This document shows, one piece after another, positions 1 through 9,442 of a stretch of 64,000 nucleotides of DNA; position 1 is the stretch's first letter, and each line of letters starts with the position of its first letter. This DNA comes from a virus (lineage: Duplodnaviria > Heunggongvirae > Uroviricota > Caudoviricetes), in IMG/VR virus record IMGVR_UViG_3300012347_000377, positions 128,001-192,000 of that record. One strand, given 5' to 3'. Under the pieces are notes generated by a model. The model searched no databases, had not been told where the DNA came from, and worked only from the letters and a program-made list of their open reading frames with translations. The position numbers and the translations under genes were made by a program.

Positions 1-1
1 A

Positions 2-151
2 TTAAAATTAGAGTTGAGAAGATTATCTGCAGTGGGTGGAGTTGATAAAATTGTTCCAATCGAAGGTATTGTGTTTGTATATAATGGTAAAACTTTTAAA
101 TTAACTGGAAGTTTCGCATCATTGAACCAATTATTGGGAATATTTTACTAA
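2..151 (+). CDS. 3' end of a conserved phage protein (partial), possibly ligase/nucleotidyltransferase-like
   Basis: Open frame ...IVPIEGIVFVYNGKTFKLTGSFASLNQLLGIFY* read by hand; EGxV...K resembles ligase motifs IV/V. Confidence 0.55.
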   Translation, partial: LKLELRRLSAVGGVDKIVPIEGIVFVYNGKTFKLTGSFASLNQLLGIFY

Positions 152-228
152 TTTTTAAAAAAAATATTAATTTTTTAGTTTTAATATATGTATATATATT
201 AGAATAAAGAACCTAATATATAAAAATT

Positions 229-888
229 ATGGCAAAAGAGTTCCAAAAGAAATTTATGCACCCAACACGTAGAAAGTTGGTTGATATGGTTATGAGTGGT
301 GGTGATTATGAAAAAACTACTCAAATTGGTTATACTCCTGAAACGATAGAACGTAAGGTTGGTGATGTTTGGGAAGATGAATATAATCGATACGAAAAGA
401 AAGAAGGTTATACTTTAAAAACTGGTAAAAATTCTGAAGCATTTAACGATATTAGAAAATGGTTAACTGAACAAAAAGAATGTAAGAACATTGAATGTAA
501 AAGAGTTAAAAAATCTAAAACAGATTTTAAACTAATACAGAAAACTGGTTATTGTATTGATTGTTTAGCAAAAATCGAAACTGATATTAAGTTAAAAGGA
601 ATTTGGCAAGAATATCAGGACTATAAAGTTTACACTCGTATGATTATTGAGGGTAAAATCAAATTAGAACAAATCAGACAATCTTTGGATGAAGTTAAAC
701 CATTTTATGAATACATCAATGAAGATGGTTCAGTTGAGAAATGGGAATTACCACAATCGGTGGATGAAATCAAAAAAGAAATCAAAGAATTCATCGAAAA
801 TGGTGAAATCGAATTAAAGGAAATAGAAGATAAACGTAACGAAGCGTTTGAGGTTATAAGAAAAAACAATTATGAACATTATTTGTAA
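229..888 (+). CDS. Hypothetical protein with Cys cluster (possible Zn-binding) and coiled coil
   Basis: 219 aa ORF with CxxxxC and CxxC. Confidence 0.6.
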   Translation: MAKEFQKKFMHPTRRKLVDMVMSGGDYEKTTQIGYTPETIERKVGDVWEDEYNRYEKKEGYTLKTGKNSEAFNDIRKWLTEQKECKNIECKRVKKSKTDFKLIQKTGYCIDCLAKIETDIKLKGIWQEYQDYKVYTRMIIEGKIKLEQIRQSLDEVKPFYEYINEDGSVEKWELPQSVDEIKKEIKEFIENGEIELKEIEDKRNEAFEVIRKNNYEHYL

Positions 889-903
889 AAAAAGGATTAA
901 TTT

Positions 904-1287
904 ATGAGAGACATTAAATCAACCATTTTACTATTAGTCATTATTGGGTTAGCCGGATATAATATCTTTTTCACTAAACAGTTGAGAACGGATATTGATG
1001 GTTATAATTCGAAGATTGATAGTATTCAAACCGAAGTTGACTCGGTAGTGTTAGTCAACAAAGAATTGGATAGACATATCAATAAACTACATCAAGAAGT
1101 TGTAGTAATTGATAAGAATATCGCAGTAGTAACCAAAAAAATAACAACAATAAAGGAAGAAACAAATGAGAAAGTTAATAACGTTGACAATTATGCTATC
1201 CATGACCTTTACCAGTTTTTCTCAAACCGTTACGAAAACGGACTCGATAGTTCCGCTAAAAGTTCCGGTGGCAAAGCTAGTAATTAA
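904..1287 (+). CDS. i-spanin-like membrane protein
   Basis: N-terminal TM helix followed by coiled coil; overlaps the next ORF by 122 nt. Confidence 0.5.
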   Translation: MRDIKSTILLLVIIGLAGYNIFFTKQLRTDIDGYNSKIDSIQTEVDSVVLVNKELDRHINKLHQEVVVIDKNIAVVTKKITTIKEETNEKVNNVDNYAIHDLYQFFSNRYENGLDSSAKSSGGKASN

Positions 1288-1576
1288 GGATATACTTAGA
1301 GGTGATGGAGCAATCCAACAATTAGAAGAAACTGAAAAGGTACTTGAATTAACCAATCAAAAATTGGTGTTAAAAGAAAATGTAATTTCAGTTCTAAACT
1401 CTAAAGTTACAAATTTAGATTATATCATCAAACAAAAAGATGAACAATTTAAATTAGAACGAAACAAGTCTGAAGATTTAATAAAAGAAATAAAGCAAGT
1501 TAGACGAACTACTTTTTTATACAAAGTTGGAACGTTTATCGGTGTTATAACTACTACTTTATTTTTATTAAAATAA
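1166..1576 (+). CDS. Spanin-like partner: signal peptide, coiled coil, C-terminal TM
   Basis: MRKLITLTIMLSMTFTSFS-Q signal peptide; hydrophobic C-terminus; AAGGA upstream. Confidence 0.45.
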   Translation: MRKLITLTIMLSMTFTSFSQTVTKTDSIVPLKVPVAKLVIKDILRGDGAIQQLEETEKVLELTNQKLVLKENVISVLNSKVTNLDYIIKQKDEQFKLERNKSEDLIKEIKQVRRTTFLYKVGTFIGVITTTLFLLK

Positions 1577-1581
1577 ACTAA

Positions 1582-3162
1582 ATGGCATCTTTAAAAGATA
1601 TAATTAAATTAGAGTATTCTAAATGTGCTGCTGACCCAATATACTTTATGAAGAAGTATTGTATGATTCAGCATCCGGTTAGAGGAAAAATTCCATTTCA
1701 TTTATTTCCTTTTCAGGACAGAACTTTAGTAGAATTCAAAGACCATCGATATAACATCGTATTAAAATCCCGTCAAACAGGTATTTCTACTTTGGTTGCG
1801 GGATTTTCCCTTTGGAAGATGTTATTTAATCAAGATTACAACGTATTGGTAATTGCAACAAAACAGGAAGTTGCAAAAAACTTAATTACCAAAATCAGAG
1901 TAATGAATCAATACCTACCAAGTTGGTTGAAACAAGATACGGTAGAAGATAATAAACTTTCCCTTCGATATGCAAATGGTTCTCAAGCAAAGGCAACTTC
2001 ATCTTCTGGAGATGCTGGTCGTTCTGAAGCCTTATCCTTATTAGTATTTGATGAGGCAGCCTTCATCGATAATATTGAAGAAATTTGGATTTCTGCACAA
2101 TCTACTCTATCAACGGGTGGTAGTGCGATTATTCTATCTACTCCTAATGGTGTGGGTAATTTCTTTCATAGAACTTGGGTAGGTGCAGAAGAAGGAACAA
2201 ACGATTTTAATACCGTTCGATTACACTGGTCAGTTCACCCAGAAAGAGACCAAAGTTGGAGAGATGAACAAGCTAGATTATTAGGACCAAAGGGTGCCGC
2301 ACAGGAATGTGATTGTGACTTCGTAAGTTCCGGTGATACGGTTATCGATCCGGAGTTACTTATGTTTTATAAGGAAACTTATGTTCAAGAACCAATTGAG
2401 AAGACTGGGTGGGATTCTAACCTATGGAAATGGGAATATCCAAACTACAACAAAGGATATATGGTTGTAGCGGACGTTGCTCGTGGAGATGGTGGTGACT
2501 ACTCTGCGTGTCATGTGTTTGATATTGAAACTGCAACACAAGTAGCAGAATATAAAGGAAAAATGGATACTAAGGATTTTGGTAATTTCTTAGTAGCACT
2601 TGCAACTGAATATAATGAGGCACTTTTAGTAATAGAGAATGCTAATATTGGTTGGGCAGTAATTCAACAAGTAATTGATAGAGGATACCGCAATCTTTTT
2701 TATATGAGTAAGGATTTAAAGTATGTAGATGTTCAACATCAATTACACAATAAATTCAGAGCAGAAGAAAGAGGTATGGTAGCAGGATTTTCTACTACAT
2801 CTAAAACTCGTCCATTGATTATTTCTAAATTGGAAGATTATATCAGAGAAAAATCAGTAACAATTCGTTCATCGAGGTTGATAGAGGAACTATTTACATT
2901 TATATGGGTTGGTAATCGTGCAGAAGCAATGAGAGGTTATAATGATGACTTAGTGATGTCGTTGGGTATTGGTTTGTGGGTTAGAGATACTGCTCTTCGT
3001 TTAAGACAAGAAGGTGTTGATTTAACTAAAATGGCAATCGGTGGAATCCAACAACATTCATTCACATTAGATGGTTTCGGTGGTAATTCATCATTAGATG
3101 AAAATCCTTGGCAAATGAGAGTGGGTGATAGAAACGAAGATTTGACTTGGTTGATTAAATAG
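1582..3162 (+). CDS. terL: Terminase large subunit (T4 gp17-like)
   Basis: LFPFQ Q-motif, KSRQTGIS Walker A, LLVFDEAAF Walker B, STPNG, RNase H-like ADVARG...DYS and DDLVMS. Confidence 0.96.
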   Translation: MASLKDIIKLEYSKCAADPIYFMKKYCMIQHPVRGKIPFHLFPFQDRTLVEFKDHRYNIVLKSRQTGISTLVAGFSLWKMLFNQDYNVLVIATKQEVAKNLITKIRVMNQYLPSWLKQDTVEDNKLSLRYANGSQAKATSSSGDAGRSEALSLLVFDEAAFIDNIEEIWISAQSTLSTGGSAIILSTPNGVGNFFHRTWVGAEEGTNDFNTVRLHWSVHPERDQSWRDEQARLLGPKGAAQECDCDFVSSGDTVIDPELLMFYKETYVQEPIEKTGWDSNLWKWEYPNYNKGYMVVADVARGDGGDYSACHVFDIETATQVAEYKGKMDTKDFGNFLVALATEYNEALLVIENANIGWAVIQQVIDRGYRNLFYMSKDLKYVDVQHQLHNKFRAEERGMVAGFSTTSKTRPLIISKLEDYIREKSVTIRSSRLIEELFTFIWVGNRAEAMRGYNDDLVMSLGIGLWVRDTALRLRQEGVDLTKMAIGGIQQHSFTLDGFGGNSSLDENPWQMRVGDRNEDLTWLIK

Positions 3163-3180
3163 GTAATAAATTAGTTTTAT

Positions 3181-3189
3181 ATATTTATA
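3181..3189 (+). promoter_or_regulatory. Putative late promoter ATA(T/C)TTATA
   Basis: Motif recurs ahead of about 20 late genes. Confidence 0.7.
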
Positions 3190-3206
3190 GTGTATAGGAG
3201 AAAATT

Positions 3207-3683
3207 ATGATAAAATTACAAACACTATTGAACGAAGAATCACCTTGTTGGAAAGGATATACTCAATATGGTATGAAAATGCAAAATGGAAAAGAAGTTC
3301 CAAATTGCGTTCCAACAAAAAACGAAGCAATCGATGATGAATACGATGAGTATGATGTGGAAGATGAAGATGAAGAAGATTTCTTAGATTTTTTAAAAAA
3401 CTATACAACAGAACTAAAAGAATCTAATTGTAATTGTGTTAATGAAGCAGAATATCAAGGTAGAGAAGTAAAATTGGGTAAACCAATGCAAGGTGATGTT
3501 AAGAAATTTAAAGTGTATGTAAAAAATCCTGCAGGAAATGTAGTTAAAGTGAATTTCGGACAAAAAGGAATGAAAATCAGAAAATCAAATCCTGCTGCTA
3601 GAAAATCATTTAGAGCAAGAATGAATTGTGATAATCCTGGACCAAGACATAAAGCAAATTATTGGTCTTGTAGAAAATGGTAA
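3207..3683 (+). CDS. Probable internal head protein, modular (PCWKGY module plus basic C-terminal domain)
   Basis: MIKLQTLLNE leader, late promoter and AGGAG upstream, between terminase and portal. Confidence 0.6.
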   Translation: MIKLQTLLNEESPCWKGYTQYGMKMQNGKEVPNCVPTKNEAIDDEYDEYDVEDEDEEDFLDFLKNYTTELKESNCNCVNEAEYQGREVKLGKPMQGDVKKFKVYVKNPAGNVVKVNFGQKGMKIRKSNPAARKSFRARMNCDNPGPRHKANYWSCRKW

Positions 3684-3719
3684 AAAAAAATAAAAGGTTA
3701 TAAATTAAAATAAAAAAAT

Positions 3720-5453
3720 ATGGCGGATACTTCGTTTTTTGGCAGATTAAGTAAACTCTTTCAATCTAAGGCAGTTGTGACTGTTGATAAAGATGGTAAG
3801 AGAACGGTCTTTGATGCCGATGAAAGACAACAGACCAATCTATCATCATTAAGGGATAGATACACTAAAATTCAAAAATCTTTCTTTGAACAAGCAGGTG
3901 GTGCACAATCAATGGCATACCAACAAGTTCGTAGGGAAGTATTTAGAGATTATGATGCAATGGATTGTGACCCAATTCTAGCATCTGCTTTAGATATATA
4001 CGCAGATGAATCTACACTTAAAAACGAATTTGGTGATATTTTAACCATTCGTTCTGATAATCAAAAAGTACAAGAAGTATTAGACAACCTTTTCTACGAT
4101 ATTCTTAACGTAGAGTTTAACTTATGGCCATGGGTTCGTAATATGGTTAAGTATGGTGATTTTTTCTTAGGATTAGAAATTGCCGAAGGTAAAGGTATTG
4201 TAAACGTAACACCCCATTCAGTATATAACACAGAAAGATTAGAAGGACAAGACCCTCATAATCCAAATGTAGTTAAATTTAAAGTTACTGAAGACCCAAA
4301 TGGTAAAGTTGAGTATGATAATTTCGAAATAGCACATTTCCGTTTATTAGCAGATACAAACTGGTTACCATATGGTAAATCAATGATTGAAAATGGTAGA
4401 AGATTGTGGAAACAATTGAGTTTAATGGAAGATGCAATGTTAATCCATCGTATTATGAGAGCACCTGAAAAACGGGTGTTTAAAATCGATATAGGAAACA
4501 TTCCACCAACTGAAGTAGATAATTACATGCAAAGAATTATCAACAAAATGAAGAAAGTTCCTTTCGTTGATAAAAATAGTGGTGATTATAACTTAAAGTA
4601 TAATATGCAAAACCTTACCGAAGATTTCTTCTTACCGGTTAGAGGTGGTGATAGTGGAACATCAATTGAAAACCTTGCAGGATTAGATTATGCTGCAATC
4701 GATGATATTGAATACTTAAAATCTAAATTATTTGCAGCACTTAAAATTCCAAAAGCATATTTGGGATATGATGAGAATGTAAATGGTAAAGCAACTCTTG
4801 CAGCCGAAGATGTTCGTTTCGCAAGAACAATTGAAAGAATCCAAAGAACGGTAGTTTCTGAATTATCTAAAATAGCAATCGTGCATTTATACGCACAAGG
4901 TATTACGGATTCTGAAATGACCAACTTTGAATTGCAATTAGTTAATCCTTCAACAATTTATGAACAAGAGAAAGTAAATCTTTGGTCAGAAAAAGTTAGA
5001 TTAGCACAAGATATGCAAGGATTGAATATGTTAAGTAAAGATTGGATTTATGAAAACATCTTTAAAATGGCGGAAGGTGATCAAACTCGTGAAAGAGGTA
5101 AAATCATCGAAGATATTAAAGATAGATTCCGTTATAATTCTATTGAGAATCAGGGTAATGACCCGGCAGTGGAATCCGAACCAACTGATGTTGAGGAAAG
5201 TTTAGAACAAATCAAAACAGAACTTGCAGATAAAGGTGGAAGACCACGTGAGGGAAATACCTATGGTAAAGATAAATCTCCGTTTGGTAGAGACCCATTA
5301 GGTGATAAAGAAAATAAAAATGCATTAAAACACAGAACATCTGAAGAACGTGCATTACAATACATCAATGGGATTGCATCAAAACGTAAATTTTTAGCAG
5401 AACAAAAAGGTATGTTAGATGAGACTAATATCATCGATGACACGCAAAATTAA
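3720..5453 (+). CDS. gp20: Portal protein (T4 gp20-like)
   Basis: LMEDAMLIHRIMRAPEKRVFKIDIGN, EDFFLPVRGG, LFAALKIPK motifs. Confidence 0.96.
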   Translation: MADTSFFGRLSKLFQSKAVVTVDKDGKRTVFDADERQQTNLSSLRDRYTKIQKSFFEQAGGAQSMAYQQVRREVFRDYDAMDCDPILASALDIYADESTLKNEFGDILTIRSDNQKVQEVLDNLFYDILNVEFNLWPWVRNMVKYGDFFLGLEIAEGKGIVNVTPHSVYNTERLEGQDPHNPNVVKFKVTEDPNGKVEYDNFEIAHFRLLADTNWLPYGKSMIENGRRLWKQLSLMEDAMLIHRIMRAPEKRVFKIDIGNIPPTEVDNYMQRIINKMKKVPFVDKNSGDYNLKYNMQNLTEDFFLPVRGGDSGTSIENLAGLDYAAIDDIEYLKSKLFAALKIPKAYLGYDENVNGKATLAAEDVRFARTIERIQRTVVSELSKIAIVHLYAQGITDSEMTNFELQLVNPSTIYEQEKVNLWSEKVRLAQDMQGLNMLSKDWIYENIFKMAEGDQTRERGKIIEDIKDRFRYNSIENQGNDPAVESEPTDVEESLEQIKTELADKGGRPREGNTYGKDKSPFGRDPLGDKENKNALKHRTSEERALQYINGIASKRKFLAEQKGMLDETNIIDDTQN

Positions 5454-5471
5454 TCAATCATAAAAAATTTT

Positions 5472-5480
5472 ATATTTATA
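5472..5480 (+). promoter_or_regulatory. Putative late promoter
   Basis: ATATTTATA. Confidence 0.7.
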
Positions 5481-5520
5481 ATAGAGTTTTTGAGTATATC
5501 AAAATAAGGATTTGAGTAAA

Positions 5521-6390
5521 ATGAAAAAAATAAAACATTCAAAATTTAAGAATACGGGTTTTCTATTCGAACTATTAACTCGTCAAATAACTTTGGAAAT
5601 TTTAAATAATTCCCCGGAGAAGGCAAAAAACATCGTATCTGAATTTTTTGGCAATGGAACAGAATTGGCTAAAGAACTTCGTTTATTTAATTTATTAATA
5701 AATGAAAAATATAATTCTGAAACTAAAGCAGAAAAATTTATTGATGCTATCTTAGATGCTAGAACAAAGTTAGATGAACAAAAATTGGCTAAACAAAAAT
5801 ATAGTTTAGTTAAATCGATAAAAGAAAATTTTGAAATCGATTCATTCTTATCATCGCCAGTAACGAACTATAAAGTTCTTGCATCAATTCATAAATTATT
5901 TGAAGCAAAAGCAACAAATGTATTAGATGTAAAAGATGTATTCGATTCTAAACTTACATTAGTAGAACACGTATCTACATCAAGTCCGTCTTTAAAACAA
6001 AAAGAAGATAAATTAGTTGAAGATTACAAGAAACAAGAAAAGGATTTAAGATTACTTACTTATAAGATTCTGGTTGAAACTTTCAATAAAAAATATTCAA
6101 ATCTAAATGATTCTCAAAAATTATTATTAAGAGAATACATTAATAATGTAACCAATACTTCTAAATTTGGTGAATACTATTCCAACGAATTAAAAAATGT
6201 TGTAACTGAATTACATTCCATTTATACAACAATGGATGATAAAATTACAAAAATAAAATTAAAAGAAACTATTAACGTTTTGAAAAACCAAAAGTTTGGT
6301 AAAAAAATTACGGATGAACAAGTTTCTGCGTTGATGATGGGATTTGAACTTATAAAGGAAATACAAAATGTTAAAAACCGAATCTCTTAA
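5521..6390 (+). CDS. Putative prohead core/head assembly protein (helical)
   Basis: ATG at 5521 behind TAAGGA preferred over TTG 5512; position after portal. Confidence 0.55.
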   Translation: MKKIKHSKFKNTGFLFELLTRQITLEILNNSPEKAKNIVSEFFGNGTELAKELRLFNLLINEKYNSETKAEKFIDAILDARTKLDEQKLAKQKYSLVKSIKENFEIDSFLSSPVTNYKVLASIHKLFEAKATNVLDVKDVFDSKLTLVEHVSTSSPSLKQKEDKLVEDYKKQEKDLRLLTYKILVETFNKKYSNLNDSQKLLLREYINNVTNTSKFGEYYSNELKNVVTELHSIYTTMDDKITKIKLKETINVLKNQKFGKKITDEQVSALMMGFELIKEIQNVKNRIS

Positions 6391-7651
6391 AAAATATATT
6401 GATGAAGTAATTGCAGAAATCGAAAACGAATTAGATGAAGCAACTGCTACTGGTGATATTGCAGGATACGAAACTCCAAATGCGTTTTCTGATGGAAGTG
6501 ATGCAACAAAAAGACGTAAAAAGAAAATTGCAACTCAATTGGGTATGCAGTTAGTTGGTAAAGTTGAATCGGTTAATGAATCCCTAATTACAGAAAAGCA
6601 ATTCAAAGGTTTAGAAGGAATTTCAGCAACTACTCCTTTAACAAAAATAACTAAAGACCAAAAATTAAAAATAGTTAAAGGTGTTGGTAATATAATTGAT
6701 TTTATTGTTCCCAAAGGAGTAAGTAGAAACTTTTGGCAAGTAATTGGAACTGGTAAAGTAAAGAAAAACTTATCCGGTGAATATTATTTAGAAGGTAAAA
6801 TGATTAATTCACCTACGTTCAAATCTATTGATGATTTAATAAATGGTGTAAAGTGGGATTCGATGGAAGAGAGAAGAAAATTTAACGAATCAGTAAGTGA
6901 AGTAACTACATCATTTGTATCGGGTAATTCTGGTAGAACTATTACTAATTTAGATAATAAGAAATATGAATTAACAAAAGATGTAAAGGGTGCACAAATT
7001 GGAAATTACACAAATGTAGTTTTACCAAAAGGAAGTATCATACATAATCTACCAGGTGGTGTATTTGTATCACATCCGTCTTTAACAGATAAATTCTCAG
7101 GTATTAAAGAAACTCCAAAATTTGGTTTTAGAGTAACAACCCACCCTAATACCATAGTAACAATCGAAAAATCTTCAAAGATATTAGAATCAGTTAATGA
7201 ATATAATTTAAGTGATATAATTAATCAAGTTAAAACTTATGAAAAACCAAAAGATGCAAAACTTTTGACAATCAAAGTAATAAATAAACTTAAAGATACT
7301 AGAAATAAATCAAATTCATCTAAAAAATCTGAAATTCAAAAAATAATTGATACTATTGAGGGTGATTACAACAAAGGTAAGTATCTTAAATTGGAATCAA
7401 TTAATGAAAATCGTTGGTTAGAATTAAAAAACGATGATTCTATGCATGCTAATAAAAAACTAGCAGTTGGTTTAAAAGAATTAAAAAATCAATTAAGTGA
7501 AGTTGAAAAGTTTTTCCGTTGGTATAACCAAATCAAAACAATGAATGAGTTGGATTCAAATCAATATTGGAAAAGAACAAATTCACATATTTATAAGATA
7601 AAAGAACGTATAATCAACATAGCAAGAACATTGCAGGAGATAGAAAAATAA
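6368..7651 (+). CDS. Putative internal head polyprotein with four ES(V/I)(N/S)E linkers
   Basis: ESVNE, ESVSE, ESVNE, ESINE delimit distinct segments; head-module position. Confidence 0.55.
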   Translation: MLKTESLKKYIDEVIAEIENELDEATATGDIAGYETPNAFSDGSDATKRRKKKIATQLGMQLVGKVESVNESLITEKQFKGLEGISATTPLTKITKDQKLKIVKGVGNIIDFIVPKGVSRNFWQVIGTGKVKKNLSGEYYLEGKMINSPTFKSIDDLINGVKWDSMEERRKFNESVSEVTTSFVSGNSGRTITNLDNKKYELTKDVKGAQIGNYTNVVLPKGSIIHNLPGGVFVSHPSLTDKFSGIKETPKFGFRVTTHPNTIVTIEKSSKILESVNEYNLSDIINQVKTYEKPKDAKLLTIKVINKLKDTRNKSNSSKKSEIQKIIDTIEGDYNKGKYLKLESINENRWLELKNDDSMHANKKLAVGLKELKNQLSEVEKFFRWYNQIKTMNELDSNQYWKRTNSHIYKIKERIINIARTLQEIEK

Positions 7652-8364
7652 TGAAAATCACAAAAGAACAATTTAAGAAAATCGTTAGAGAGGTTTTAAC
7701 CGAAGAAAACGAATACCAAGCATTCTTTCAGAAAGCATTAGATAAAGCTGGAAAATCAATTCCATCTATGTCTGATGAGGAAAAGAAAGCGTTTTTTGAT
7801 AAAATCGATGCCGCATGGAATGGTAAAGGTGAAAAAAACGAAGAATTAGTTGGCGGTCAGAAAGAATTAGATGTTGATGGTGATGGTGATATTAGTAGTG
7901 ATGATTTAGCAGATTTAAGAGCTGGTAAAAAAGCAGATGAATCGGTAAACGAAATACAATACAAAGATGCAATTCAAAAATTCAATGATGAGTTGATTAA
8001 ACATCCAATGGTTAAAAAGGTAGCTCAACACTACAAAAAAACTCCTGCTGAAATTGTAAAAGTATTACAACAAAGATTATCTACAAAAGGAAATCGTGGT
8101 GGTGATACAAAAGAAGTATCTATTGATTTCAAAGATACTGATAGTGGTATTACTATTAAACATAAAAAAATGTTTAACGAATCTATAAATGAAGAAGATA
8201 TTAATTGGGGTGCAACCGAAAACGCAATCATTAACTTTCTAAAAGCAAATACAAAAATTTTAGATAAAAGAGTTAAAGATAGAGATACTGATGGTGTTAA
8301 AAAAGGATTACAATCAATTATTGATGGTTTAACTAATGCACAACGCAGTTTAAAATTAAAATAA
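7651..8364 (+). CDS. Putative internal head protein with EF-hand-like DVDGDGDI loop and ESVNE/ESINE linkers
   Basis: DxDGDGxI motif; AGGAG upstream. Confidence 0.55.
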   Translation: MKITKEQFKKIVREVLTEENEYQAFFQKALDKAGKSIPSMSDEEKKAFFDKIDAAWNGKGEKNEELVGGQKELDVDGDGDISSDDLADLRAGKKADESVNEIQYKDAIQKFNDELIKHPMVKKVAQHYKKTPAEIVKVLQQRLSTKGNRGGDTKEVSIDFKDTDSGITIKHKKMFNESINEEDINWGATENAIINFLKANTKILDKRVKDRDTDGVKKGLQSIIDGLTNAQRSLKLK

Positions 8365-8379
8365 TTATAAAGGATAGAT

Positions 8380-8973
8380 ATGAAATCATTATTAATAGAA
8401 ACTAACCTATTTGAAGGTAAGGTAAATGAGGATGAAGGTGGAAGAACTCTTGTAAAAGGTATTCTACAACGTGCTGGTGCCGAAAATCAAAATGGTAGAG
8501 TATATCCGATGGAAATTTTAAGAAGAGAAGCACAGAAATATGAAACTCTTATTAAGGAAAGAAGAGCGTTAGGAGAATTAGACCATCCAGATTCATCTGT
8601 AATCAATTTAAAGAACGTTTCTCATAACATTAAGGAAATCCATTGGGAAGGTAATGATTTATGTGGGACAGTTGAAATCTTACCAACTCCATCGGGTAAT
8701 ATCTTAAAAGAATTATTAAGAGCAGGAATCCTTTTAGGAATTTCATCTCGTGGTATGGGTTCAGTATCACCAATGGGTGAGGGTAAAGTAAAAGTAGGTG
8801 AAGATTTTGAATTAATCGGTTGGGATTTTGTATCCAATCCATCTACACATGGTGCATTTATGACACCATTACAAGAATCCGTAAATAAACAATTACAAGA
8901 ACAAGCAGTAGTATGTGGTGATTTCTGTAAGGCACAAGACCTTATGAGAGAAATCATTACTGAATTAGCATAA
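8380..8973 (+). CDS. gp21: Prohead core protease (T4 gp21-like)
   Basis: NQNGRVYP, ALGELDHP, GISSRGMGS, DFVSNPS motifs. Confidence 0.96.
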   Translation: MKSLLIETNLFEGKVNEDEGGRTLVKGILQRAGAENQNGRVYPMEILRREAQKYETLIKERRALGELDHPDSSVINLKNVSHNIKEIHWEGNDLCGTVEILPTPSGNILKELLRAGILLGISSRGMGSVSPMGEGKVKVGEDFELIGWDFVSNPSTHGAFMTPLQESVNKQLQEQAVVCGDFCKAQDLMREIITELA

Positions 8974-8984
8974 GGAATACAAAT

Positions 8985-9425
8985 ATGGCATTCTCAATAC
9001 AAGATTATTTAGAACATAATAAAATAGAATTAGGTAAAATCGCCAAAGAAGTTGGTGATACTCCATATAAAGGTGGTCATAACGATATTCGTAAAACAAA
9101 TTACGATGTTAAGATTAAAGAAGATGGTAAGTTAGATTTATATACTCATAAGACAGTATTAACTGAATCTACATTAAACGAAGCATCAGAAATTAGTTTT
9201 GATCAATTGAAACCGGCAGACCAAGCAATAGTTAAACAAATAGAAAAATACTTCAACGGAAGTGTTGGTATAATTTGGGATGGTATTCACGGGAAAATAG
9301 TAGAAATGACTGTTAGAAATTCACAAGGGGCATATAGATTTGATAAAAATGATTTTAAATTTTTAGCAAAAATGCCGATTCGTTGGATGGAAAACGATGG
9401 AAATGTAATTACAATTGGATTTTAA
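8985..9425 (+). CDS. Hypothetical head-region protein (two modules split by LTESTLNE)
   Basis: 146 aa ORF, TAAGGA upstream. Confidence 0.55.
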   Translation: MAFSIQDYLEHNKIELGKIAKEVGDTPYKGGHNDIRKTNYDVKIKEDGKLDLYTHKTVLTESTLNEASEISFDQLKPADQAIVKQIEKYFNGSVGIIWDGIHGKIVEMTVRNSQGAYRFDKNDFKFLAKMPIRWMENDGNVITIGF

Positions 9426-9442
9426 AAATAGGATTAATAAAA

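Noticed and set aside
229-888. Small terminase subunit
   Set aside because: Position is compatible but there is no recognisable motif; left as hypothetical
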